From Meiothermus sp. (GTDB lineage: Bacteria; Deinococcota; Deinococci; Deinococcales; Thermaceae), in NCBI GenBank assembly GCA_033762915.1, contig JANRLD010000023.1, positions 1 through 46,155 of the forward strand: a DNA stretch of 46,155 nucleotides. Direction: 5' to 3'. Below, piece after piece: positions 1 to 14,803 of the stretch; the stretch's first letter is position 1, and each line of letters begins with the position of its first letter. The notes beneath the pieces were generated by a model. That model saw only the letters and a list, made by a program, of their open reading frames with translations. It ran no database searches and was not told the origin of the DNA. The translations under genes and the position numbers were made by a program.

Positions 1-1407
<1,407 letters not shown>

Positions 1408-1785
1408 CCCGAACCGCCTATACCGACCATTATGGGGGGTTTGGAACCGAGCAGACGTTATTTTTAGTGTTACTTAATCTGCCGCTTCCACCGGCCCGGT
1501 CCAAAGCCAAAGTTGACTGCAGCATTGCCCCCATTCGGGTCACCCTCGAGCATTACCAGTCAACGCTCTGCCTGACCTCGGCCCCCACATCGGCGAGCCG
1601 GTCCCGAAGATGCGGCTGGATCGAGCCTCCGCCATCGGGGTAGTGCGAAACCCGACAACAGCCCAACTCGACTTCCTGTTTGACCCCCCAGGCCAACCGC
1701 ATTGACATCCTATCGACCCATCTGTCCTGGACCGAGAATTATTCCAGGTCACCCGGCTCGAGAAGCGCATCCCCGCCGAACTGGC

Positions 1786-2454
1786 CTAGCGGCTGCTGGC
1801 GGGGTTGACCGCCACCCTGCGCCAGTCGCGGTCGCGCAGCAGCGGCAGGGGGTCGATTACCCGGTAGTCGCAGGTGCGCCTGCTGCCCGAATAGACCCCG
1901 AAGTGCAGGTGCGGCGGGGTGGTGCGGGCGTTGCCGGTGTTGCCCACGAAGCCCAGCAGGGTACCGGTAGTGACCTTCTGGCCCTCCCTCAGGTTGGGGG
2001 CGTAGCGGCTCAGGTGGGCGTAATAGTAGCGCCGGCTTCCCCCGCCCGCCACAAATACGTACAGCCCGCCCCGCGCCCCGCTCCCGATCCGCCAGACAAT
2101 CCCGGCAGTGGCCGAGTAGACCGGTGTCCCCACCGGGGCAAAGATGTCTTGCCCCTCGTGCCGCCGGTAGCCGTCGCGGGGAGCCCCGAAGGTGTCGGTC
2201 ACCTGGCGGCGGCTAACCCCCCGCACCGGCATCTGTAAGGTCGATTCCGCTGCCTTGGGCAGCAGGGCCTGGTAGCCCTGCAGCTTCTCCCGGTAGGCCG
2301 CCCAGAGCTCGCGCTCGAGGCGCTCGGCCTCGGTGCGCGGCTCGGGCCGGGGGGCGAAGTTGGGGTTAGGGTTACAGCCTGGCACCGTGCCCTCGGGGTT
2401 TTCCTGCGCCAAAGCCACACCCAGCAACCACACAACCGCCCATGCCCACTTCAT
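1786..2454 (-). CDS. M23 family metallopeptidase, secreted
   Basis: Signal peptide MKWAWAVVWLLGVALA; HEGQD (HxxxD), YAHL and PHLHF (HxH) zinc motifs; start moved to ATG 2454. Confidence 0.9.
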   Translation of the reverse strand: MKWAWAVVWLLGVALAQENPEGTVPGCNPNPNFAPRPEPRTEAERLERELWAAYREKLQGYQALLPKAAESTLQMPVRGVSRRQVTDTFGAPRDGYRRHEGQDIFAPVGTPVYSATAGIVWRIGSGARGGLYVFVAGGGSRRYYYAHLSRYAPNLREGQKVTTGTLLGFVGNTGNARTTPPHLHFGVYSGSRRTCDYRVIDPLPLLRDRDWRRVAVNPASSR

Positions 2455-2697
2455 AGCCCTAGTTTTTATGCGGCTTTGGTTAACCCGGTGAAAGAATGTA
2501 GAGGAACTGGCTGTGAGGCAGCAAGGTTGGTCAGGTAAAGCGGATCGGGTTGGGTCCGCAAGATGAGCGAGAGCAGTTTTGACGGCCCCTGGTGTAGGCA
2601 ATAGGGTATAAGGTATAAGCCAGAGCTTGCGGGTTCCGGTTTTACCTGTCCCTAAAACCTTTCTTTCGATATCCAGATACCTGCCTCCCTCACCCCC

Positions 2698-3639
2698 ATG
2701 CAAATCTCCCTCCGACAACTGGTCTACTTTATCGCCGTGGCCGAGTCGGGCTCGATCTCGAAAGCGCTGACCTCGCTTAACGTCACCCAGTCGGTGGTGA
2801 CCGAGGCGGTGCGCAAGCTCGAGGAGACCCTGGGCACCGACCTCTTCACCCGACACGCCCGCGGCATGACCCTAACCCACGCCGGGCACCAGTTCCTGCG
2901 CCACGCCCACGAGGTGCTGGCGGCCATGAAGAACGCCGAGCAGGCCATCCGCGAGCGCCCCAACCTGGCCTCGGGGCGGCTAAACCTGGGTGTGACCAGC
3001 CTGGTCACGGCCTACTACCTGCCCTATCTGCTCGACCGCTTCGAGCGGGTCTTCCCCGGCATCGAGGTCACCATCGTGGAAGATCGGCGTGGCTTCATCG
3101 AGCACCTGCTGATCAACGGCGAACTGGACGTGGCGGTGATGAACGTCTCGGTGGTGGATCGGCAGGCCATCGAGACCCGCACCCTGCTCCGCGCACCCTG
3201 GCGGGTCTGGCTGGCCACCAACCACCCCCTGGTGCAGCGGGAGGCGGTCGGGCTCTCCGCCCTGCACGCCGAGCGCTTCCTCTCGCTAAAGAACGATGAG
3301 CTCGAGGCCGTCACCCAGCAGGTCTACCGCCTGGCTGGCTTTCCCCCGGTGGCCATCCGCACCGACTCTATCGAGGCCATGCGGAGCCTGGTGGCGGTAG
3401 GGATCGGGGTGGCGGTGCTGCCCGACCTGATGTACCGGCCCTGGAGCTTGGAGGGCGACCGCCTCGAGAGCCGCCCCCTGGTGGAGGATCTACCGAGGCT
3501 CGAGATCGGCGTGGCCTGGCGCAAGGGCAGCCGCCTCAGCGAGGCCGCCCGGCAATTTGTCATCGTGGTTGGCGAGCATAGCCGGGTGCAGGAGTACGGG
3601 ATGAACTACGCGGATCTGCTGGGCAGCGAGGAGCAGTGA
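2698..3639 (+). CDS. LysR family transcriptional regulator
   Basis: N-terminal HTH (LRQLVYFIAVAESGSISKA...TQS...LE..LG..LF.R) plus LysR substrate-binding domain, 313 aa. Confidence 0.95.
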   Translation: MQISLRQLVYFIAVAESGSISKALTSLNVTQSVVTEAVRKLEETLGTDLFTRHARGMTLTHAGHQFLRHAHEVLAAMKNAEQAIRERPNLASGRLNLGVTSLVTAYYLPYLLDRFERVFPGIEVTIVEDRRGFIEHLLINGELDVAVMNVSVVDRQAIETRTLLRAPWRVWLATNHPLVQREAVGLSALHAERFLSLKNDELEAVTQQVYRLAGFPPVAIRTDSIEAMRSLVAVGIGVAVLPDLMYRPWSLEGDRLESRPLVEDLPRLEIGVAWRKGSRLSEAARQFVIVVGEHSRVQEYGMNYADLLGSEEQ

Positions 3640-3703
3640 CAGCGGGTGGCTCGAAGGGACACAACCGCTCACCCGACCCAGACTCGAGCTGCCCAAAGGA
3701 GAC

Positions 3704-6643
<2,940 letters not shown>

Positions 6644-6650
6644 CCGAAGA

Positions 6651-6687
6651 ACTATAACAGTTGGGCCGGGTTATGTAAATGACATAG
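6651..6687 (-). promoter_or_regulatory. Leaderless uvrA promoter with a palindromic operator over the -35 box
   Basis: Minus strand TTTACA(6679-6674)-17 bp-TATAGT(6656-6651) with extended TG, 7 nt before ATG; palindrome TTATGT-AAATG-ACATAG at 6671-6687. Confidence 0.75.
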
Positions 6688-6971
6688 CTTGGGGGTGGCT
6701 CGAGGGTGTATCATGATGGGTTTGTTTTTTGGCTCGGGCCGATTAGCTACCCCTGAAGGCTACCTGCCGCTTCTGGACCCGCCAAACCGGAGAGCCGAGA
6801 GGTTTCAACAAAGTGTCCATCCGCGCCAGGTGGCAGAAAGTTCAACGGCAGTGGGAAACACCAATGCCAGACTCGCACCCAAAAGCCAAGGTGGTATCAC
6901 AAATCCAGCATGCGCAGGAATGCTATATTCTCCCGCCTTCTCAAGTTGCCAGACCTCGAGCCCCCTCACCG

Positions 6972-7121
6972 AAAACCGGTCACCCTGAGCGGAGCGAAGG
7001 GTCTCCTCGCTGAATCAGGGCCGCCGATTCGATGTTGCAAAAGTCGGGCACTCGCAACATTGGGTAGGCGTGTGGTCGCCCTTCGTAGATGTTTCGCTCC
7101 GCTCAACATGACAGCGGTTTT
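6972..7121. repeat. REP/MITE-like inverted dimer (GTCAnnnTGAGCGGAGCGAAnnnTCT type)
   Basis: GTCACCCTGAGCGGAGCGAAGGGTCT (6979-7004) and inverted AGATGTTTCGCTCCGCTCAACATGAC (7087-7112), flanked by AAAACCG/CGGTTTT. Confidence 0.75.
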
Positions 7122-7324
7122 GGCTTCTTGAGTTGCAGGGCCTCGAGGGCTTGAGATTGTCGCCCCTGCCCTTATCTGGCTGGAGACTCGCTTCACTCAC
7201 CGCACCAGCCTCGAGCCCGCCCATCGCCTTATATGAGAGAAGCGCGCCTAAACATGAGGGTTTGAGGTGAGCCGCCGTACTTTACCCCCTCATGGATAGG
7301 TGCTACTATGTGACGGATGTAGTT

Positions 7325-7383
7325 GTTCTCCCGAAATTCCAAGGGGGGTGGGTGTATACCCGCCCTTTTTTGTTGGGAGAACG
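7325..7383 (+). promoter_or_regulatory. rimP leader hairpin / attenuator
   Basis: AAGGGGGGTGGGT-GTAT-ACCCGCCCTTTTTT nested in outer stem GTTCTCCCGA...TTGGGAGAAC, downstream of a TGnTACTAT -10; matches the known terminator-like rimP leader. Confidence 0.7.
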
Positions 7384-7398
7384 AAGGGAGGTGGGCGG

Positions 7399-7842
7399 GT
7401 GGAGGTACACAAACTGGCCGAAGGGGTGTTGTCGCCGTTGGGCTACGACGTGCTCGAGGCCGGCCTGAAAAACAACAGCCGCTCCGCCGTGCTGCTGGTA
7501 CGGATCGAGCGTAAGGACGAGGTGCCCATCTCGGTCTCCGACCTCGAGCGGGCCAACCGCGCCCTCAGCACCCAACTCGACAAGATGGAGGCCGAACTCC
7601 CCGAGAAGTACCTGCTCCAGGTCGAGTCGCCCGGAGCCGACCGCCCCCTCTTCACCGCCCGCCACTTCGAGCGCTTTATCGGCCTAAAGGTCAAGGTGCG
7701 CCTCGAGGGGGCCAGCTTCACCGGGAAGGTGGGGATGGTGCGGGGCGACGAAGTGGAGTTCCACGACAAAGACCAGGTAAAGACCCTCAAGCTTGGGACG
7801 TTCAAGGCGATTCTGGCAGAGTGGCCGGACACGCCTCGATGA
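7399..7842 (+). CDS. rimP: Ribosome maturation factor RimP
   Basis: YLLQVESPGADRPLFTARHFERF motif; GTG start 7399 after GGGAGGT; first gene of the nusA operon. Confidence 0.93.
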   Translation: MEVHKLAEGVLSPLGYDVLEAGLKNNSRSAVLLVRIERKDEVPISVSDLERANRALSTQLDKMEAELPEKYLLQVESPGADRPLFTARHFERFIGLKVKVRLEGASFTGKVGMVRGDEVEFHDKDQVKTLKLGTFKAILAEWPDTPR

Positions 7843-7946
7843 GAGGCTATGGGCAATCGGTTGGCTGTTCATGAAATTGAAACCCAAAAAGCCAACCGCT
7901 AAAAGCCGGAAACAATCTCAATCATCAAAACAACAAAGGAGGACAA

Positions 7947-9131
7947 GTGAATAAGGAATTCATAGACGCGCTCTCGCAGGTCGCCCACGAGCGGGGCGTG
8001 ACGGCGGAGGTTCTGATCACCAACTTCGAGGAGGCCCTGCGGCTGGCGTATCTGCGCCAGAAGGGTTTCCGCCAGAAGGAAGTGGAGGAGGAGAACAAGG
8101 GGCCGGTGGTGGAGGTTCACCTCGACCCCCAGGAGGGCTCGCTGGACGTGCTCGAGATCAAGAAGGTGGTCGAGACCGTCGAGGACCCCGACAAGGAGTT
8201 GCAGCTCGAGGAGGCCCTCAAGTTCGACCCCGAGGTGACCGTCGGCGAGGAAATGGAGTTCCCGGTCGACCCCGAGGAGTTCAGCCGCATCGCCGTGCAG
8301 ATCGCCAAGCAGGTGCTCACCCAGCGCCTCAAGGAAGCCGAACGCACCCGCGTCCACGACGAGTACAAGGATCGGGAGAACGAGGTGCTCACCGGCAGCG
8401 TGGCCCGCGTGGACAACCGGGGCAACGTCTATGTCGAGTTGGGGCGCGGCGAGGCCCTGATGCCGCAGAAGGAGCAGATCCCCACCGAGCGCTACCACGC
8501 CGGTCAGCGCCTCAAGGTCTATCTCAAGCAGGTTCAGCGGAGCTCCAAGGGCCCTAGCCTGGTGGTCTCGAGGGCCAACGAGGAGTTGCTGCGCTACCTG
8601 CTGCGCCAGGAGGTCCCCGAGATTGCCGAGGGCATTGTAGAAGTCAAGGCGATTGCCCGGGAGGCCGGCAGCCGCTCCAAGGTCGCGGTGATGAGCCACA
8701 ACTCCAACGTAGACCCCATCGGGGCCTGCATCGGGCACAAGGGCCAGCGCATCCAAGCGGTGAGCGCCGAACTCGGCCGCGAGCGGGTGGACATCATCCA
8801 GTGGAGCCCCAACCCCAAGGAGTTCATCCGCAACGCCCTCTCCCCCGCCACCGTGGGCGAGATCGTCACCGACATCAAGGCCCCCGAGGAGGGCAAGAGC
8901 CGCGCCGCCGTGGTGGTCGCCAAGGATCAGCACTCCCTGGCCATCGGCAAGGCGGGCCAGAACGTTCGCCTTGCCTCCAAGCTCACCGGCTTCGAGATTG
9001 ACTTCGAGGAGGCCGAGGAGATCACCGACTTAGATGCCGCCATGCTCAAGGCCGCCGAGCGCGACGACAGCCTGAAGGTGTCGCAGGATGCCAAGAGCCG
9101 GTTCGAGAGCTTGTTCAAAGACGATGAATAG
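7947..9131 (+). CDS. nusA: Transcription termination/antitermination factor NusA
   Basis: FSRIAVQIAKQV, S1 and KH domains (AREAGSRSKVAV, DPIGACIG, AIGKAGQNVRLA); AAGGAGG RBS. Confidence 0.98.
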   Translation: MNKEFIDALSQVAHERGVTAEVLITNFEEALRLAYLRQKGFRQKEVEEENKGPVVEVHLDPQEGSLDVLEIKKVVETVEDPDKELQLEEALKFDPEVTVGEEMEFPVDPEEFSRIAVQIAKQVLTQRLKEAERTRVHDEYKDRENEVLTGSVARVDNRGNVYVELGRGEALMPQKEQIPTERYHAGQRLKVYLKQVQRSSKGPSLVVSRANEELLRYLLRQEVPEIAEGIVEVKAIAREAGSRSKVAVMSHNSNVDPIGACIGHKGQRIQAVSAELGRERVDIIQWSPNPKEFIRNALSPATVGEIVTDIKAPEEGKSRAAVVVAKDQHSLAIGKAGQNVRLASKLTGFEIDFEEAEEITDLDAAMLKAAERDDSLKVSQDAKSRFESLFKDDE

Positions 9132-9243
9132 GAGAGTAAGGGGAAAAGAGGAAGGCGAAACCGCCGATTTCTCGCCGGTGCTCCTTCTCTGCATTCCTCC
9201 TTTCTCCCTCCTCTAAACGCGCCCCCGCTCGAGGAAACCCACG

Positions 9244-9543
9244 ATGCCCACTGCCAAACACATCCCCATCCGCCAGTGCGTGGTCTGCCGAAGCCGCAGG
9301 CCCAAGGTGGAGTTGTTGCGGGTGGTGAACACGGCGGATGGGGTGTTCATCGACCCGTCGGGGCGGAGGCCAGGGCGGGGGGCGTATGTGTGCCCGGACA
9401 AACCGGAATGCTGGAACGAGAAGAAGCTGCGGCGGTTCGCGGGGGCGCGGGCCGCCGAGCTTTCAGGAGCTTTGTATGCGCTACTAGGCGTGCAGGCTAA
9501 GCAGAAGGGCGGGACGGAGCCCGAGGCCCGCCAGAAGGGGTGA
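9244..9543 (+). CDS. ylxR: YlxR/DUF448 RNA-binding protein
   Basis: PIRQCVVCR...ELLRVV...GRGAYVC motif, conserved position between nusA and infB. Confidence 0.92.
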   Translation: MPTAKHIPIRQCVVCRSRRPKVELLRVVNTADGVFIDPSGRRPGRGAYVCPDKPECWNEKKLRRFAGARAAELSGALYALLGVQAKQKGGTEPEARQKG

Positions 9544-9546
9544 ACC

Positions 9547-11271
<1,725 letters not shown>

Positions 11272-11302
11272 GGCAGGTGAGAAGAGGGAAGGAAAGCCCG
11301 TA

Positions 11303-11325
11303 GGGACGAGGGGCCCCCTCGTCCC
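11303..11325 (+). terminator. Perfect inverted repeat after infB (possible terminator, no U-tract)
   Basis: GGGACGAGGGG-C-CCCCTCGTCCC. Confidence 0.5.
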
Positions 11326-11442
11326 AGCGTGGCGAGCAGCCAAATCACCGCACCCCCCCGGCCCCAAACTCACCCAACCCATACCCCTTGCCAAGCCGTT
11401 TTCTAACCGTCAAACTGTAGTTCGCCGTTTAGGATGTTTCCG

Positions 11443-11775
11443 ATGTCGGGTGGTCTACACACATTGAGCCGCTGGTTCAGTCTCCTGGTTCTGGGGGTCA
11501 TGTCCCTGGGACCGGGGTTGTTCTGGTCGCACAAGCCCCCCAAGGCCGAGGGCAGTTTCACCGCGGGCTGGACGGCGGTGCCGCTGCCCCAGCAGGTGCT
11601 GGAGGGCAAGACCAAGTGGGGTGGACTCGGACTCGGGTTGTTGTTGCTGGCCCTGTCGGGCCTGGCCCGCAAGCGCCTGCGTCCCCAGTACGCGCCGCTC
11701 AACCGCTATCAACCGCCCATGCTGGGCAAACCCCTGTATCTCCCGTTCAACAAACTCCAGACCGACGGCGGCTAG
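11443..11775 (+). CDS. Small two-TM membrane protein upstream of secDF; candidate secretion-monitor (arrest) peptide
   Basis: TAGGAT -10 box 7 nt before ATG 11443 (leaderless); two hydrophobic segments, basic RKRLR, 35-aa tail ending LYLPFNKLQTDGG; GC-rich codon usage. Confidence 0.7.
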   Translation: MSGGLHTLSRWFSLLVLGVMSLGPGLFWSHKPPKAEGSFTAGWTAVPLPQQVLEGKTKWGGLGLGLLLLALSGLARKRLRPQYAPLNRYQPPMLGKPLYLPFNKLQTDGG

Positions 11776-11810
11776 AGGGGTCGGGGCGCAGTGCGCCCCG
11801 ACCCCTTGTG
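11776..11810 (+). promoter_or_regulatory. Strong hairpin immediately after the uORF stop codon, in the secDF leader
   Basis: AGGGGTCGGGGCGCA-G-TGCGCCCCGACCCCT, 15-bp perfect inverted repeat. Confidence 0.65.
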
Positions 11811-11964
11811 GTTGGCCTATCGCCGTGCGAACGGGAGGACCGGCACGACCTCGAGGCCTTGCTTCCCGCCTGGAGGCACCCTCGGTTCGAGACCCGCTGG
11901 CCCTGCAAACCCGAACACAGCCCAACGTTCAGCTCTTATCTTTTACTTACGCGGAGATTCAGAC

Positions 11965-14223
11965 ATGTCAAATCGTTTTTGGACAGGACTCATGCTCCTG
12001 TTGATCCTAATCGGCGCACTCGTAGCCATCTGGAAGCCCTGGGCTCCCGCCAGCGAGCCCAGGATTCGCCTGGGCCTCGACCTGCAGGGCGGGCTGCGGC
12101 TGACCCTGCGAGCAACCGACCTCAACCCCGACCCTAACGTGGCCCGCGAGGACATGAACGTGGCCCGCTCGATCATCGAGAACCGCGTCAACGCCATCGG
12201 GGTAGCCGAGCCGCTGGTGCAGCGCCAGGGTACCGACCGCATCATCGTGGAGCTGCCCGGCCTGCGGCAGGATCAGCAGCAGCGGGCCTTGAACCTGATC
12301 GGGCAGACCGCCAAGCTCGAGTTCCGCATTGTCAATCAGGGGGTTTCGGGCACCACGGTTTCCCAGGTCAACGAGGCCATCCAGCGGGCCGGCCTCACCG
12401 GGCAGGCCGCCCGCGACCGCCGAACCGAGCTCGAGAAGGATCTGATTAAGCTAAGCGACATGGGGCCGGTGCTGCTCTCGGGCGCACAGCTCCAGACCGC
12501 CAACGTAGTCACCGACCAGTTCGGGCGCAACGTGGTCTCCTTCACCCTCAAGCCCGAGGGGACGCAGACCTTCGCCGACATCACCACCCGCAACATCAAC
12601 CGCCAGCTGGCGATCGTGCTCGACGACCGGGTGTACAGCGCCCCTAACATCCAGTCGCCCATCACCGGCGGGCAGGGGCAGATCACCGGGGCCTTCACCG
12701 TAGAGGAAGCGTCCGACCTGGCGCTGGTACTGCGCTCGGGCGCGCTGCCGGTCAAGCTCGAGTTCGCCGAGACCCGCGCCATCGGCCCCACCCTGGGGCA
12801 GGACGCCATCAACTCCGGCGCTTTAGCAGCGATTATCGGGTCGGTGCTGCTGTTCGCCCTCATCTTCGGCTACTACGGCTTCTGGATGGGGATGGTGGCG
12901 GCGCTGGGCCTGATCTACACGGTGATCCTGCTGGTGGCGGCCATCTCACTGATGGGCGTGACCCTGACCCTGCCGGGCATCGCCGGTTTGATTCTGACGC
13001 TGGGCGCGGCGGTAGACGGGAACGTCCTCTCCTTTGAGCGCATCAAGGAAGAGCTGAAGATGGGCAAGAAGTTCCGCCAGGCCATCCCGGGCGGCTTCTC
13101 GCACTCGATCATCACCATCCTGGACGTGAACTTCTGCCACCTGCTGGCCGCCGCCGCGCTCTACCAGTACTCCACCGGGCCGGTGCGCGGCTTCGCGGTG
13201 ATGCTGGCGCTGGGCGTGGTGGTCTCGGTCTTCTCCAACCTGGTGACCAGCCGCTGGCTCTTAGAGGTGCTGGGCGACCGCCGCGAGGTCAAGCCCCCCT
13301 ATTGGCTGTGGGGCACCAAAATCGACTTCATGGGCATCTCCCGCTACGTAACGGTGGCCTCGCTCTCGCTGGCGCTGCTGGCCGCCATTATCGTGGGCGT
13401 GCGCGGCTTCAACTTCGGGGTGGACTTCACCGGGGGCACCTCCTTCACCGTGCAGGTGGCCCAGGACGTGACCGCCGAGCGCATCCGCACCTTCCTCGAC
13501 GGCGCGGGCATCGCCGAAGTTAAGGGCGGCGAGAGCGTGGTCTCGAGCCTCAGTGGCGGGGCGGGCGGGCAGGAGTACTCGGTGCGCGTCCGTCAGGTCA
13601 GCGACGAAGACCGCATCCGCCTCGAGAACGCCTTCAAGACCCAGCTCAACGCGACCATTTTGCAGTCGGAGACGGTGGGCCCGGCGGTGGGGGCGGAGCT
13701 GCGGCGCAACGCCGTGCTGGCGACCCTGATCGGGCTGGCCTTAATCCTGGTTTATGTGGCTTTCCGCTTCGACTGGGTATTCGGCGTGGCCAGCGTGGTG
13801 GCGGTGGGGCACGACGTGGCAATCGTGGCGGGCATGTACGCGCTATTCCAGCTCGAGTTCGCCGTCCCCACGGTGGCGGTCTTGTTGACCATTGTGGGCT
13901 TCTCGCTCAACGACTCGGTGATCATCTCCGACCGCATCCGCGAGAACCTCAAGATCATGCGCGGCAGCAGCTACCGCGAGATCGTCAACACCTCGATCAA
14001 CCAAACCCTGTCGCGCACCCTGATGACCGCGCTCTCGACCATGCTCCCCATCCTGGCCCTGCTGTTCATCGGTGGGCCGGTGCTGCGCGACTTCTCGCTG
14101 GCCATCCTGGTGGGCTTCCTGGTCGGGACGTACTCCTCGATCTACGTGGTCTCGGCGCTGGTGGTCTGGTGGAAGACCCGCGAGCAGCGCATGAAGCTGG
14201 CCAACGCGCAGCGGGCCAAGTAA
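11965..14223 (+). CDS. secDF: Protein translocase subunit SecDF (fused)
   Basis: LGLDLQGG, IGPTLG, AVDGNV..FERIKEE, GVDFTGG, SLNDSVIISDRIREN motifs; start ATG 11965 after GGAG. Confidence 0.98.
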   Translation: MSNRFWTGLMLLLILIGALVAIWKPWAPASEPRIRLGLDLQGGLRLTLRATDLNPDPNVAREDMNVARSIIENRVNAIGVAEPLVQRQGTDRIIVELPGLRQDQQQRALNLIGQTAKLEFRIVNQGVSGTTVSQVNEAIQRAGLTGQAARDRRTELEKDLIKLSDMGPVLLSGAQLQTANVVTDQFGRNVVSFTLKPEGTQTFADITTRNINRQLAIVLDDRVYSAPNIQSPITGGQGQITGAFTVEEASDLALVLRSGALPVKLEFAETRAIGPTLGQDAINSGALAAIIGSVLLFALIFGYYGFWMGMVAALGLIYTVILLVAAISLMGVTLTLPGIAGLILTLGAAVDGNVLSFERIKEELKMGKKFRQAIPGGFSHSIITILDVNFCHLLAAAALYQYSTGPVRGFAVMLALGVVVSVFSNLVTSRWLLEVLGDRREVKPPYWLWGTKIDFMGISRYVTVASLSLALLAAIIVGVRGFNFGVDFTGGTSFTVQVAQDVTAERIRTFLDGAGIAEVKGGESVVSSLSGGAGGQEYSVRVRQVSDEDRIRLENAFKTQLNATILQSETVGPAVGAELRRNAVLATLIGLALILVYVAFRFDWVFGVASVVAVGHDVAIVAGMYALFQLEFAVPTVAVLLTIVGFSLNDSVIISDRIRENLKIMRGSSYREIVNTSINQTLSRTLMTALSTMLPILALLFIGGPVLRDFSLAILVGFLVGTYSSIYVVSALVVWWKTREQRMKLANAQRAK

Positions 14224-14245
14224 GCGGCCTTACCCAAAGAAAACA

Positions 14246-14278
14246 GCAGGCCCCTCGAGGTTGGCTCGAGGGGCCTGC
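14246..14278 (+). terminator. Hairpin after secDF, built from two CTCGAG sites
   Basis: GCAGGCCCCTCGAG-GTTGG-CTCGAGGGGCCTGC. Confidence 0.6.
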
Positions 14279-14397
14279 GCTTGCAGGGTGAGATAAGTTG
14301 GCGAAACCAGCCTCGGCCCTGCGCTTCGGGCTCATCCGCGCTTTAGGCAGCCTTGATTTCCCGGAGCCGTTCTTTAAAACCGCAGTAGCCTGGAGCC

Positions 14398-14739
14398 ATG
14401 AAACGCCTCGCAACTGCGGCCCTAATACTCGCGAGCCTCGTTCTCGCCCAGGCCGCTCCCAAAGCTACTGCAACGGTCGCGCAAATCCGGGCCAAGCCGG
14501 TCAACAGCCAAAAGGTGATCCTCTCGGGGCAGATCGTCTCGAGATCGGGCGACACCGCCTACCGGTTTGCCGACAGCACCGGCGAGGTCGGGGTCGGCTC
14601 TAGACAGCGCCTCGAGCTTCCCCTGGGCGCAAAGGTTACCCTCGAGGGCCAAGTGGACCTCGACCCGCTGGGCGGGCTCGAGGTGAACCTCCTGCGGGTC
14701 TGGCTGCCCGACGGGCGGGTGCTGGTCGTGCCGAGGTGA
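14398..14739 (+). CDS. Secreted bacterial OB-fold (YgiW/YdeI-like) protein
   Basis: Signal peptide; TVAQI...VILSGQIV....YRFADSTGEV...KVTLEGQVD pattern typical of the BOF family. Confidence 0.8.
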   Translation: MKRLATAALILASLVLAQAAPKATATVAQIRAKPVNSQKVILSGQIVSRSGDTAYRFADSTGEVGVGSRQRLELPLGAKVTLEGQVDLDPLGGLEVNLLRVWLPDGRVLVVPR

Positions 14740-14803
14740 GGCAGCGGAGAGCAGAGGCTTTCGCTGTCTGCCACAGTCTCTTTCCGGCTCCCTGCTCAGT
14801 TGC

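Noticed and set aside
1610..1789. Short + strand frame with an internal TGA (1703-1705) ending EKRIPAELA, a possible pseudogene or readthrough
   Set aside because: Too short, no recognisable family and no SECIS-like evidence
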